Origin: Candidatus Marinacidobacterium sp.
GTDB lineage: Bacteria; Acidobacteriota; Vicinamibacteria; Marinacidobacterales; Marinacidobacteraceae
DNA length: 64,000 nucleotides
Direction of reading: 5' to 3'
Assembly (NCBI GenBank): GCA_965204755.1
Contig: OZ242011.1
Coordinates: 1,504,001 to 1,568,000, forward strand
Part shown: positions 50,386 through 60,776 of the stretch, piece after piece
How the letters are laid out: every line of letters starts with the position of its first letter
How positions within the stretch are numbered: the first letter of the stretch is position 1
Made by a program: the position numbers and the translations under genes
The notes under the pieces: model-generated
Databases searched by the model: none
Told to the model about the DNA's origin: nothing
Seen by the model: only the letters and a program-made list of their open reading frames with translations

Positions 50386-52913
50386 TCCTCAAGGAGTACC
50401 AGCGAAGGGCGCTGGAGCGGGTGAGGATGTATCTTCGCCTGCTCGCCGAATGGCGCGACAAGGCAGGGGGCCTCGATCCCGCGCTCGGTGTGGACTGGGC
50501 CGAACGGGCTTGGGAGGCCGCGGCGACGCGCCGCGCCTACTTCAAGAGAACGAACGGGCTCGACCAGCCGTTGCCGGTCTTCTGCCTCAAGATCCCCACG
50601 GGGGGCGGCAAGACGCTGCTGGCGACGAAAATCATCGATCTCGTCAATGTGCACTTCCGTTATCGCCAGAGCGGGCTGGTGCTTTGGGTAGTTCCGACCA
50701 AACAGATCTACGACCAGACCCTTCGCGCCCTGCGAGATCGGGACCACCCCTACCGCCAGCAACTCGACATCGCCTCCGCCGGGCGCACCGTAGTATTGGA
50801 GAAGAACAGCGGGTTCGGCCCGTCGCAGGTCGCGGAAAACCTCTGCATCCTGCTCCTCATGCTGCCCTCGGCCAACCGCGAGACCAAGGAGCAGTTGCGG
50901 ATGTTCCGGGACAGCGGCGGCTTTGCGAGTTTCTTTCCGGGCGACGACGACTTCGACGGGCACAAGGGCTTGCGGAAGAGGATCCCGAATCTGGACACTT
51001 TCGAGAAGGAGGGCGCTTACGGGAGGCACCAGATCAAGACCTCGCTCGGCAACACGCTGCGTCTGCTGGAGCCGCTGATCGTTCTCGACGAGGGGCATAA
51101 GGCCTACGGCTCGCTGGCCCGGGAGACCCTCGAAGGATTCAATCCCCACATGATCGTGGAATTGTCGGCGACGCCGACCAAGGAAGCGAATGTCCTCGTG
51201 GAAGTGTCGGGACAGGCGCTGAACGCGGAAGAGATGATCAAACTGGATCTCCATATCCAGAACAAGTCGAGCGTCAGTTGGCAGGACACGATGCTCGCCG
51301 CCGTCGAGCACCGACAACGCTTGGAGGAACGGGCGCTGGCGCACGAGGGCGAGACGGGGACCTACATCCGACCGATCTGCGTGGTGCAGGTGGAACGGAC
51401 CGGAAAGGAGCAGAGAAAGGCCGGCTTCATCCACGCGGAGGATGTGCGCGACTACCTTCTCCGCCATCCCGCAATCACGGCCGAACAGGTGGCGGTCAAG
51501 ACCAGCGCGCGCGACGAGTTGAAGGAGGTGGACGAGGTCGGCGGCCTGTTGTCGCGCGACTGCCCGATCCGCTTCATCATCACCAAGCAGGCGCTGCAGG
51601 AGGGCTGGGACTGCGCGTTCGCCTATGTCCTGGCGATCCTGACGAGCCCGAGTTCCAAAAGCGCCCTGACGCAGTTGGTGGGGCGCATCCTGCGTCAACC
51701 GTACGCCCGGAAGACGCAAGTCCCGGCCCTCGACGAGAGTTATGTCTTCTGCTTCCAACGAAACGCCAGGGACCTCCTCGATCAGGTGCGCAGAGGGTTC
51801 GGCCAAGAGGGCCTTGAGGACCTGACATCCCGCGTCCGGACGGACGACGGGGATGCGCCGCGGCCCGGAGAGACCATCACCGCCAGCCAGAGAGGCCGCT
51901 TCCGTCGGACCACCAAGGAGTTCGTCCTCCCGACCTTCGTGATTCACGAGGACGGACGATGGCGGCCCGTTCATCACGAAGTCCATCTTCTGTCCCGCGT
52001 CCGGTGGAACGAAGTGGATCTGACTCCGCTCTTCGACTTGGAACTCGGCCAAGCGGGTGGCGATCAAGTCCTTCGCGCCGGCTTGGACGGCGAGCGCTTC
52101 AATGCGGCTCCGCTCGCGGCGCCGGCGATGTCGGGAGATGCGGAAGACGGCGTGGTGGACTACTACTTCGCGGCCAACCACCTGAACGAAGTGATGCCGA
52201 ACCCGTGGAGAGCCGCCGAAGCGGCGCGGCGAGTGTTCGAGACACTGATGTCGAAGCGACCGAAGGAACTCGTCGCCGCCAACGCCCTGTTCGTCCTCGA
52301 GGAGTTGCGCAAGCACCTGGCCCTCGAACGCGACCGGCTCTCCCGGAAGGTCTTCTCCGAACTCCTCGATTCGGGAACGATGCGGTTCCTGGTCATCGCG
52401 AAGGACTTCGGCTTCAACCGGCTCCCGCTGACGATCGACTATCCCGTGAAGGAGCGCCAGGCCAACCGCGACGATGGAAGCCAGTTCCAACGCAACCTCT
52501 TCGACCGTACGAACGAGACCGACCTGAACGGCCTCGAACAGAAAGTCGCCGCCTATCTCGACGGGCAGGAACGGCTGTTCTTCTGGTACCGCAATCGATC
52601 TCGCAAGGACTTCTTCGTCCAAGGCTGGAGACCGCACCGGATCTACGCCGACTTCATCCTTACGCTCGAAGCCGACGAACCGGACGCCGACGACGAATTC
52701 CACCGCGTCTTCGTCGTAGAGACGAAGGGGGTCCACCTGAAGGATTCGGAGGACACCGCCTACAAGCGGTCGGTCTTCGACCTCTGCTCCCGCCACGCCC
52801 GGAAAGCCGACTGGGCGGACTTCGTGCCCGCCATGCGCGACAAGGTGATGCGCTTCGAAGTCGTGGACGAAGACCAGTGGGAGAGACACTTGAACACGCT
52901 CTTTCGAGCATGA
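50382..52913 (+). CDS. res: Type III R-M restriction subunit (SF2 helicase plus PD-(D/E)xK nuclease)
   Basis: TGGGKT, DEGH, SAT, EGWD, QLVGRILR; YADF...VETKG; ATGA overlap with mod. Confidence 0.9.
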
Positions 52914-53089
52914 AGAGGCACTCGCCGAACACCGCCAGACAAGCCTGAGGAGCCAACCCTGAGGCCGGTCGCCGAGGGTTCCCGGATGACTTCGCTCCCG
53001 TTGGCAACTTCAACGCGGAGGCGCTGAGTTCGACTCGGGCCCGCCGTCCGCGTAGCGTCCCGGACTCCGTGCGGCCCAGGTCGAAACAC

Positions 53090-54607
53090 TCAGTCCCCGT
53101 GTTCTTCATTCAGGGCCACGAGTGCTTTCCGCAGTTCTACCATGGCGGTGGTGTCGCGCTCGCAGTAACGGCGCAGCGCCTCGAAGTCTCGGTGGCGCGA
53201 ATTCTCGTCCCTGTTTTCTATGGCGCGTTCATAGTACGCCGAGGCCATGAGGCCGTCCGAGACCTCAAGATCGTCGTAACCCAGACCGGAAACCAGGGCG
53301 GGGAAGACTCGCTTGATCGAGAACGAGCCCCGGAACTCAGGGTCGTAGAGCGTCTTCTTGACGACTTGAAGCAGGTCCAGGAGCCGTTCCTGGATACTCA
53401 CCAGCGCCGCCGCATGTTGCGGAGACAACCGCGCCAAGTCGCCAAGGACAGAATTCTCAAAACCGCTGTAGACGCAAATGGTCCCTTCGTCGCCGAGAGC
53501 CGCGATGAGGCGCTCGGTCAACTCCGGCCGTGGGTCACTGTCGTGAGCGTGAATGTGGTCCGAGTGCGAAATGCGCCCGTCGGGGTGTTCGGTATGGACC
53601 GAGAAGAGAAACGGTACGCGAGCGAACGGACGCGTACCGGCAAAGCGAGGCACTGCGGGCGAGAATGTCTCGAAGTCCAAATGACGCACTGGCCACTTAA
53701 CGGCATCCAGTCTGGCCGTCAAGTCTCCGTGGATCTGGATGGACTTCGTTTGCACCGCCGTCCGAACGACCCGTTGGAGCCGCGTCAGCGGAACGGTGCG
53801 CGGGATATCTCGAATCTCCTCGATACCCTGCTTGTCCAACTTCTGCCGCACTGACGAAGTAGATCGGAGATTCGGCAGTTCGCTGATGCCATGTTCCGGT
53901 TGCCGGATATCGTGGGTGCAGTGCCCATAGTACGGACACGGGAAGGGCGTCTTGCAGTGATCGCCAGGTGCGATCCGTGGTTCTTTTTCGCTGGAGAGCA
54001 CGCGCCGCATCGCCAAGACATCCTCGTCCATGCCAGGCAGCATGGCCTCTGCCTTCTCCAGCAGGGTATGGAAGCGAAACATCGTGTCGACATCGAGTTG
54101 GATCCCGTCATAGACATAGTTCCCGTTCAGAAGGAGTACTCCGGCGTCGTGGACACGCAGCCCAGCCCCTCGGACCGCCCATAGTTGAAGGGCCACATCC
54201 AAGACATGGTAGTCCTTGGTGTGGACTCCGGACTTGACCATGACGATGCGCCAACTGCTCTTGTCTACACGCTCAAGGATGTCAACGGTGACCATGACAC
54301 CACCGTGCTCGAAGGTGGCGCCGAAGAGCGCGGGGACTTCGGTTCGGAGAATCCGATCCGTCTCTGCGGTGGCCTCCGCCGAACTGCGGTCGGCTGTGAT
54401 GTTCTGTCCGTGGGGGTGACGGGCGCGAGCGAGTGCGCTTACATGATGAATGGGGTTGAAGATGTGAAGAAAGGACTCATCCGCGTCAGTAGCGCGGTCG
54501 GGCGCGTTGAAGTCCTGCCATAGACGAAGGCGGCACTGCCTTCCGGCCAAGTAGTCGGACCGGCGTAGCGGAGCGGGCGGAGGGTTGTCGGCAGATATCG
54601 TTGTCAT
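53090..54607 (-). CDS. DUF2779 protein (Cas4/RecB-like Fe-S nuclease domain plus RNase H-like domain)
   Basis: QC.LRLW, VDIL...VKS, HCKTPFPCPYYGHC, LDFET, PFLFSVH, SIKRV.P, YCERDT. Confidence 0.82.
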   Translation of the reverse strand: MTTISADNPPPAPLRRSDYLAGRQCRLRLWQDFNAPDRATDADESFLHIFNPIHHVSALARARHPHGQNITADRSSAEATAETDRILRTEVPALFGATFEHGGVMVTVDILERVDKSSWRIVMVKSGVHTKDYHVLDVALQLWAVRGAGLRVHDAGVLLLNGNYVYDGIQLDVDTMFRFHTLLEKAEAMLPGMDEDVLAMRRVLSSEKEPRIAPGDHCKTPFPCPYYGHCTHDIRQPEHGISELPNLRSTSSVRQKLDKQGIEEIRDIPRTVPLTRLQRVVRTAVQTKSIQIHGDLTARLDAVKWPVRHLDFETFSPAVPRFAGTRPFARVPFLFSVHTEHPDGRISHSDHIHAHDSDPRPELTERLIAALGDEGTICVYSGFENSVLGDLARLSPQHAAALVSIQERLLDLLQVVKKTLYDPEFRGSFSIKRVFPALVSGLGYDDLEVSDGLMASAYYERAIENRDENSRHRDFEALRRYCERDTTAMVELRKALVALNEEHGD

Positions 54608-54793
54608 TTGCGGAGGTAGAGAGAAGTGAATCCCGGATGCCGCAAGTGTAATCCGTCGGGAGATCGAGTGGCGACGGACCTCGTTCTGGACGCCCCCTTC
54701 CGTGGACATCTGCCGTAGAGGCTGTTTCGACCGGAGCGGCAGGAATTCGGTGAGAGGTCGCCGGGCCCTCTCATGCGGTAGTGTCCGTTCCTC

Positions 54794-55315
54794 ATGAAGC
54801 GACCGATTCGCCACTGCTACTGGGTCGAGCCCGGGCGGCTGCTCGCCGGGGAGTATCCGCGGGAACTCGACGAGGAGGCGTCGAGGGAGAAGGTTCGCGC
54901 CCTGACCGGGGCGGGGGTCACGCACTTCATCGACCTCACCGAGGAAGGCGAGACCTTCCTGACTCTGTTGGAGCCCTACGCCCACTTGGCGGCGCCGGCG
55001 AAGCACCTGCGGTTCCCGATCCGGGACATGAACACTCCGGCGTCCCGGGAGGTCGCCGAGGCGGCGCTCGACGCGATAGACGAGGCCATCGCCGGCGGCG
55101 GGATCGCGTATGTCCACTGTCTCGGCGGGATCGGCCGCACCGGGACCATCATCGGATGCTGGCTCGTCCGGCGGGGCCTCGGCGGGGAGGAGGCGCTCGT
55201 CCACCTCGCGGGACTCTGGCGGCAGAACCCGAAGTCGAGGATCTGGGCGGACACTCCGCAGACGGAGGAGCAGCGCGACTACATCCGGCGCTGGCGGGAG
55301 AAGCGGGGCCGGTAG
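54794..55315 (+). CDS. Dual-specificity/tyrosine phosphatase
   Basis: LAGEYP, FIDLTE, HCLGGIGRTG (CX5R). Confidence 0.88.
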   Translation: MKRPIRHCYWVEPGRLLAGEYPRELDEEASREKVRALTGAGVTHFIDLTEEGETFLTLLEPYAHLAAPAKHLRFPIRDMNTPASREVAEAALDAIDEAIAGGGIAYVHCLGGIGRTGTIIGCWLVRRGLGGEEALVHLAGLWRQNPKSRIWADTPQTEEQRDYIRRWREKRGR

Positions 55316-55688
55316 TCCCGTCCGGGCACTGCGGGGGCGGACCGGGCCCGGCGCGCTTCCCACCGGGGCGCTCCGGCCCGCAGACCGCCGGACGGCGGCG
55401 GGTTCCGGCCCGCGACCCGGCGCCCGGCGCCGCCATCCGCCGGCCCCGGCCTTCCAACCGCCGGGAGACTCCGCGCCCGCGGCCCGGCGCCCCGGGGGGA
55501 CGGGGAGAGAAGGGGATGACCGATTCTGACGCGGCCTCCGCCTAGGCTTCCTTCCCTCGGGCGCCTCCCCGGATCGGAGCGGCTTCCGGAACAGGAACGA
55601 CCCATGACTCTCGCGGCGGCCCCGAAGGCCCAACCTGCATTGGAGAGCCCCGGCCCCGTTCGGGGGCGAGCCCCGGCGCGGCGGCGCC

Positions 55689-55730
55689 CCTGTCGGCGCC
55701 CCTGTCGGCGCTCCTGTCGGCGCGTATAGT
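55689..55730 (+). promoter_or_regulatory. Three 12-bp-period direct repeats (CCTGTCGGCGC) followed by a TATAGT -10 box
   Basis: Read directly; the nfeD ATG is 10 nt downstream of the -10 box. Confidence 0.5.
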
Positions 55731-55740
55731 GTCCGCCTCT

Positions 55741-56187
55741 ATGCCGTGGTGGCAGTGGATCGTCCTCGGCGCCGTGTTGCTCGGCGCGGAGTTGTTCGTC
55801 GTGGACACCACCTTCTACCTGGCGATCCTGGGCCTGGCGGCGCTGCTCGTCGGGCTCGGCGCCGGGGTCGGACTCGTGGCCGGCCCGCTCTGGTTCCAGT
55901 TGGCGGTGTTCGGCGTGCTCTCGGTCGGACTCCTGGTCGGGGTGCGGCGGCACTTCTACCGGCGGCTGCGCGGCGGGGCGGCGGAGGAACTGGACCCGGT
56001 CGTCGGGGAGACCGCGACCGTGGCGGAGCCCATCGAACCCGGCGGTACCGGCCGCGCCCAACTGCGCGGCTCCGAGTGGACCGCCCGCAACGCCGGCAGG
56101 ACGGCCATCGCACCCGGACAGCGCGTCCGCGTCCGGGCGGTGCGTGATCTCGTGCTCGAACTGGACGCCGAGGAGCAGATTCCATGA
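55741..56187 (+). CDS. NfeD-family membrane protein
   Basis: W.W...LLGAEL TM segments; C-terminal OB fold (G.A.LRGSEWTAR). Confidence 0.88.
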   Translation: MPWWQWIVLGAVLLGAELFVVDTTFYLAILGLAALLVGLGAGVGLVAGPLWFQLAVFGVLSVGLLVGVRRHFYRRLRGGAAEELDPVVGETATVAEPIEPGGTGRAQLRGSEWTARNAGRTAIAPGQRVRVRAVRDLVLELDAEEQIP

Positions 56188-57116
56188 ATACCGGTTTCAT
56201 CGCCGTCGTGGCGGTGGTCGTTCTGGTGATCGTCGTCATCGCCAAGACGGCGACGATCGTCCCCCAACAGTCCGGCTATGTGGTCGAACGGCTGGGGCGC
56301 TACAGCCGCACGCTTCAAGCGGGCTTCCACATCCTGATCCCGTTCCTGGAGCGGATCGCCTACAAGCACTCCCTGAAAGAGAAGGCGATCGACATCTCCG
56401 AGCAACTCTGCATCACCCGCGACAATGTCCAAGTCGGGGTGGACGGGGTGCTCTACCTGCAGGTGCTCGACCCCCGCCAGGCGTCCTACGGGATCACCGA
56501 CTTCGTGTTCGCCATCTCCCAACTCGCGCAGACCACGCTGCGCAGCGAAGTCGGCAAGATCGACCTCGACCGGACCTTCGAGGAACGCTCCTCGATCAAC
56601 GGCCTGGTCGTCACCGAACTCGACAAGGCGTCGGCGCCGTGGGGCGTGAAGGTGCTCCGCTACGAGATCCGCAACATCAACCCGCCGCGCGATGTGCTCG
56701 CCGCCATGGAGAAGCAGATGCGCGCCGAGCGGGAGAAGCGCGCGGTCGTCCTGACCTCCGAGGGCGAACGCGACGCCAAGATCAACGAGGCCGAAGGCGA
56801 GAAGCAGCGGATCATCAAGGAGTCCGAAGCCGCCCGGACCCAGCAGATCAACGAGGCGCAGGGCGAAGCGGAGGCCATCCTCGCGGTGGCGACCGCGACC
56901 GCCGAGGGGCTCCGGCGCGTGGGCGAGGCCGCCGGGACCGAAGGCGGCATGGACGCTATCCGCCTGCGGATCGCCGAGCAGTATGTCCAGCAGTTCGGCC
57001 AACTCGCCAAGGAGGGCAACACCTTCGTGGTGCCCGCCAACCTGGGCGATCTCGCCTCGATGCTCACGCTGGCCACGACCATCGTGAAGGGCGGCGAGAC
57101 CCAGCAACCGGGCTAG
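56184..57116 (+). CDS. Stomatin/paraslipin SPFH protein (QmcA-like)
   Basis: VVERLGRY, ITRDNV, QTTLRS.VG, QMRAEREKRA. Confidence 0.92.
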   Translation: MNTGFIAVVAVVVLVIVVIAKTATIVPQQSGYVVERLGRYSRTLQAGFHILIPFLERIAYKHSLKEKAIDISEQLCITRDNVQVGVDGVLYLQVLDPRQASYGITDFVFAISQLAQTTLRSEVGKIDLDRTFEERSSINGLVVTELDKASAPWGVKVLRYEIRNINPPRDVLAAMEKQMRAEREKRAVVLTSEGERDAKINEAEGEKQRIIKESEAARTQQINEAQGEAEAILAVATATAEGLRRVGEAAGTEGGMDAIRLRIAEQYVQQFGQLAKEGNTFVVPANLGDLASMLTLATTIVKGGETQQPG

Positions 57117-57279
57117 CCCCGATCCGGGGAGGCGGCCGGCGCCGCGGGGAGACCGGGAGCGGGTCTCGCAGCGGCGTCGGGGCCGGAGACCGGCCACTGC
57201 GGCCCGGCCCGTCGGAGAACCGCGGGGGCTTCGCGTTCGCGCCGGGCGGCGGGAGCGCGTACTATCGGGGGTTCGCCTC

Positions 57280-58974
57280 ATGCGCCTGTTCCCGGTCGCC
57301 CTTCCCGCGGCGCTGGCGGCGGTACTCGCCGCCCCCGCCCCCGCCGCCCCGGCGGAGAGCGACGGCATCCCGGTCACCAGCGACCTGGTGCAGGCGGCCT
57401 GCGGCTCCTGCCACCTGACCGACGACGAGGGCCGGATGTCGCGGATCTCCTGGCAGCGGAAGTCCGCCGAGGGGTGGCAGATCACCGTCGTGCGGATGAT
57501 GCGGACCGGCCATGTCTCCCTCGGCCCGGAGGACGCCCGCGAAATCGTCCGCTACCTGACCGACCGCCACGGCCTCGCGCCGGAGGAGGAGCGGCCCTAC
57601 TTCTACCTGGCCGAGCAGCGCCCCCGGCAGGAGTCCTTCGGCCCGGACGAAGCCATCCTCTACGACACCTGCTCCCGCTGCCACCTCACCGCCCGGTTCC
57701 GCGCCCAGCGGCGGACCGCCGAGGAGTGGGAGTTGCTCAAGGGGATGCATGTGGGCTACTTCCCGGTCATCGAGAGCCAGACCTTCCGCGACGGCTCGAA
57801 CTGGGACGACCGGGGCGAGGGCGGCCGGCCGGCGGAGGAAGGCGCGGCGGAGGACGACCGCTGGGCGGTGGACCGGGCGCTCGAACGCATCCAGGCGATG
57901 TACCCCTTCGAGACCCCCGAGTGGCGGCAGCACCGAACCAAGGGGCGCGGCCCCGGGATCGCCGGGAAGTGGCTCTTCAGCGGCAACCGGCCCGGCGCCG
58001 GCCCGGTCGGCGGCGTCGTCGAATTCGTGGCCGGTGGACGCGAGGGCGACTACGCCTACACCGCCCGCCTGGTCCACGCCGACGGAACCGCCGAAGCCCG
58101 ATCCGGGAACGGCGTCCTCTACGGCGGCTACTCCTTCCGGGGGCGGTCGAACGGCCCGCAACTGCTCGAGCGCCGGGCGGCGCTGCTCCTCTCGGCGGAC
58201 GGACGGACCCTGGCCGGCCGCCTCTTCGCGGGCCGGTTCGGCGAAGACGGGCTCGACCTCACGCTGACCCGGCTCGACGGAGGCGCCGCCGCGACCGCGG
58301 TCTGGCCCCCGGCGGCCCGCGCCGGGACGAGCGCCGGCCCGGCGCGGGTGCTCGGCGCCGGGTTCACCGCCGAGACGGCGGGGTCGCTGGACTTCGGGCC
58401 CGGAGTGACCGTCGTCTCCGCTTCGCTCGAGTCCGAGAACGAAATCGTCCTCGACCTGGCGGTGGACGAGGACGCCGCGCCCGGCTACCGCGATCTCGCG
58501 CTCGGCGGGGCCCGGCTGGTGGACGCCTTCGCGGTGTACGACCGGGTGGACTACCTCCGGGTGAGTCCGGAGACCGCGCTCGCCCGGGTGGGCGGCATCG
58601 CCGTCCCGAAGCAGCCCGTCCAATTCGAGGCCGCCGGCTGGAACCGGGGCCCGGACGGCGAGCGGTTCACCGACGACGACCTCGCGCTCGGGTTGGTCCC
58701 GGTGAGTTGGAGCACCGAGGAGTACTACATCCGCGACGAGGACTCGGACACGATGTTCGTCGGCAACATCAGCGACTCCGGCTTCTTCACGCCGGGGCCG
58801 GACGGGCCGAACCCGGAGCGGGAGTTGATGGCCGACAACATGGGGGATGTCTGGGTGGTCGCGGAGCACCGCGACGAGACCAGCGGCGAAACCCTGCGCG
58901 GCCGGGCGCGGCTGGTGGTGGCGCCGCCGCTCTTCATCTACTGGGACCTCTTCCCGCAACGGAGCGCGCCATGA
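57280..58974 (+). CDS. qhpA: Quinohemoprotein amine dehydrogenase alpha subunit (di-heme c)
   Basis: CGSCH and CSRCH heme motifs; RIS.QRK..EGW..T..RM; F.PGPDGPNP.R. Confidence 0.93.
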   Translation: MRLFPVALPAALAAVLAAPAPAAPAESDGIPVTSDLVQAACGSCHLTDDEGRMSRISWQRKSAEGWQITVVRMMRTGHVSLGPEDAREIVRYLTDRHGLAPEEERPYFYLAEQRPRQESFGPDEAILYDTCSRCHLTARFRAQRRTAEEWELLKGMHVGYFPVIESQTFRDGSNWDDRGEGGRPAEEGAAEDDRWAVDRALERIQAMYPFETPEWRQHRTKGRGPGIAGKWLFSGNRPGAGPVGGVVEFVAGGREGDYAYTARLVHADGTAEARSGNGVLYGGYSFRGRSNGPQLLERRAALLLSADGRTLAGRLFAGRFGEDGLDLTLTRLDGGAAATAVWPPAARAGTSAGPARVLGAGFTAETAGSLDFGPGVTVVSASLESENEIVLDLAVDEDAAPGYRDLALGGARLVDAFAVYDRVDYLRVSPETALARVGGIAVPKQPVQFEAAGWNRGPDGERFTDDDLALGLVPVSWSTEEYYIRDEDSDTMFVGNISDSGFFTPGPDGPNPERELMADNMGDVWVVAEHRDETSGETLRGRARLVVAPPLFIYWDLFPQRSAP

Positions 58975-60422
58975 TCGCCGCCGAGGCTTCGAACCTGCCC
59001 TCGAACCTGATCGCCGCCGGCGAGATGCACCGGTTCACCGGCGGCAGCCGCCGGTTCGCCTATCTGGTTCCCTCCTCGATGATCTTCGAGTTGGACGAGA
59101 TGAGCGACCGGCTGCTGACCCGGCTCGAAGCCGGGCCGCTTCCCCCGGACCGGGTCGCGGAGAGTCCGGAGGAGGCCGAGGCGCTCCGCGAACTCGCCGG
59201 AATCGGGGCGGTCGCCCGCCAGGGCGCCCCGCTGATCCCCATCGGCGGCTTGGCGGAAGTGGAGTCGCCGCCGCCGATCCGCACCGTCGTCCTGAACATC
59301 ACGAACTCCTGCAACCTGGCTTGCCGGTATTGCTACGAGTACGGGGACGACCGGATCGCCGAGGCGGAAGTCCCGGCGGCCATGACCGAGGAGACAGCCC
59401 GGCAGTCCGTGGATCGCCTGATCGCGGACTCCGGGGAGGCGAAGGACCTGCAGGTGACCTTCTTCGGCGGCGAGACGCTGCTGAACTGGAAGGTGATCCG
59501 CCCGACCGTGGAGTACGCGAGGGCCGAAGCGGAGCGCGCCGGCAAGCGGGTGGATTTCAGCCTGACCACCAACGCGACGCTCCTCACCCGCGGGATCTCC
59601 GAGTGGATCGCCGACAACGACATCGGCGTCACCATCAGCGTGGACGGCCCCAAGGAGTTCCAGGACTCGATGCGGGTGTACCGGAGCGGGATGGGCAGTT
59701 ACGAAGTCATAGCTCCCCGCATCGCCGAGTTCCTGAAGTTGCAGCGCCGGCCGGTCGGCGCCCGGGTCACCGTGACCTCGAAGACGCTCGACATCCCGAA
59801 GATCTTCGACCACCTGATCGGTCTCGGCTTCTACGAGGTCGGCTTCGCGCCGGTGACTTCGTCGCCGAACCGGGACTACGCGCTCGACGAGGGCGGTTTC
59901 GACGCGCTGCTCGACCAGTTCCGGGACTTGGCCGACCACTATGTGGACGCCGCCGGCGAAGGCCGGTACTTGGGCTTCTCCAACCTGAGCGACCTGCTGG
60001 GCGAGATCCACCAGGGCGTGAGCAAGGCGTACCCCTGCGGTGCCGGGCTCGGGCTCGTCGGCGTGGCGCCGGGAGGCGAAGTGGGGCTCTGCCACCGGTT
60101 CGCCGGTTCCGGCGACCACGACCTCGGCCATGTGGCCACCGGGATAGACGACGCGAAACGCGCCGAGCACCTCGAGAAAGCGCACATTGACGCCCGCACC
60201 GACTGCAGCCGGTGCTGGGTGCGCAGCCTCTGTTCCGGCGGCTGCTACCACGAAGCGCAGGTGCGCTACGGCGACCGGTTCCGCCCGAACCTCCACTACT
60301 GCGACTGGATCCGCGATTGGACCGCGCTCGGCCTCTCGGTGTACGGGAGGCTGATGGAGAACAGCCCCGCGTTCCTCGCCCGATTCGAAGGCGCTCCCCG
60401 CGCCGAGCGCGCCACCCCGTAG
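58971..60422 (+). CDS. qhpD: Radical SAM/SPASM thioether-forming maturase
   Basis: CNLACRYC, FFGGETL, PCGAG, CHRF, CSRC..RSLCSGGC; directly upstream of qhpC. Confidence 0.93.
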   Translation: MIAAEASNLPSNLIAAGEMHRFTGGSRRFAYLVPSSMIFELDEMSDRLLTRLEAGPLPPDRVAESPEEAEALRELAGIGAVARQGAPLIPIGGLAEVESPPPIRTVVLNITNSCNLACRYCYEYGDDRIAEAEVPAAMTEETARQSVDRLIADSGEAKDLQVTFFGGETLLNWKVIRPTVEYARAEAERAGKRVDFSLTTNATLLTRGISEWIADNDIGVTISVDGPKEFQDSMRVYRSGMGSYEVIAPRIAEFLKLQRRPVGARVTVTSKTLDIPKIFDHLIGLGFYEVGFAPVTSSPNRDYALDEGGFDALLDQFRDLADHYVDAAGEGRYLGFSNLSDLLGEIHQGVSKAYPCGAGLGLVGVAPGGEVGLCHRFAGSGDHDLGHVATGIDDAKRAEHLEKAHIDARTDCSRCWVRSLCSGGCYHEAQVRYGDRFRPNLHYCDWIRDWTALGLSVYGRLMENSPAFLARFEGAPRAERATP

Positions 60423-60449
60423 GATGCACGCCCGGAGGACGACGACTCC

Positions 60450-60776
60450 ATGAAGCACCTCACCCCGAAGAACCTGAAGGCCCGCTTCGCCGCCGAGTGG
60501 CTGGAGGGGGGCGGTTCCGCCCGCGCCACCGCCGACGACCCCGCGCCGCACTACCCCTCGCAGTGCACCACCATCTTCTCGCCGGGGTGGGAGGTGGACT
60601 CCACCGGAGGGACCGCCGCCCTCTGCCAGCCGATGGAGCGCGACCTCTACGACTGCTACAAGACCTGCTACTGGCCGGCGCAGGTGCCCGACTACATCAG
60701 CAACAACCCGGACTGGCACAAGAACTGTGCGGCGGCCACCCAGGACTGGCGGGAGATCGACCTCATCTTCCCGTGA
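60450..60776 (+). CDS. qhpC: QHNDH gamma subunit (CTQ precursor with leader peptide)
   Basis: MKHL leader; CTT.F.PGWEVD, LCQPME.DLY.C...C.WPAQV.D, DWR. Confidence 0.95.
   Translation: MKHLTPKNLKARFAAEWLEGGGSARATADDPAPHYPSQCTTIFSPGWEVDSTGGTAALCQPMERDLYDCYKTCYWPAQVPDYISNNPDWHKNCAAATQDWREIDLIFP

Noticed and set aside
53020-53042. GTTCGACTC resembling a tRNA T-arm or att site after res
   Set aside because: No proper 5-bp T-stem, acceptor stem or CCA
58971-60776. Novel RiPP (radical SAM plus small Cys-rich peptide)
   Set aside because: Explained by the known QhpD/QhpC pair of QHNDH biogenesis
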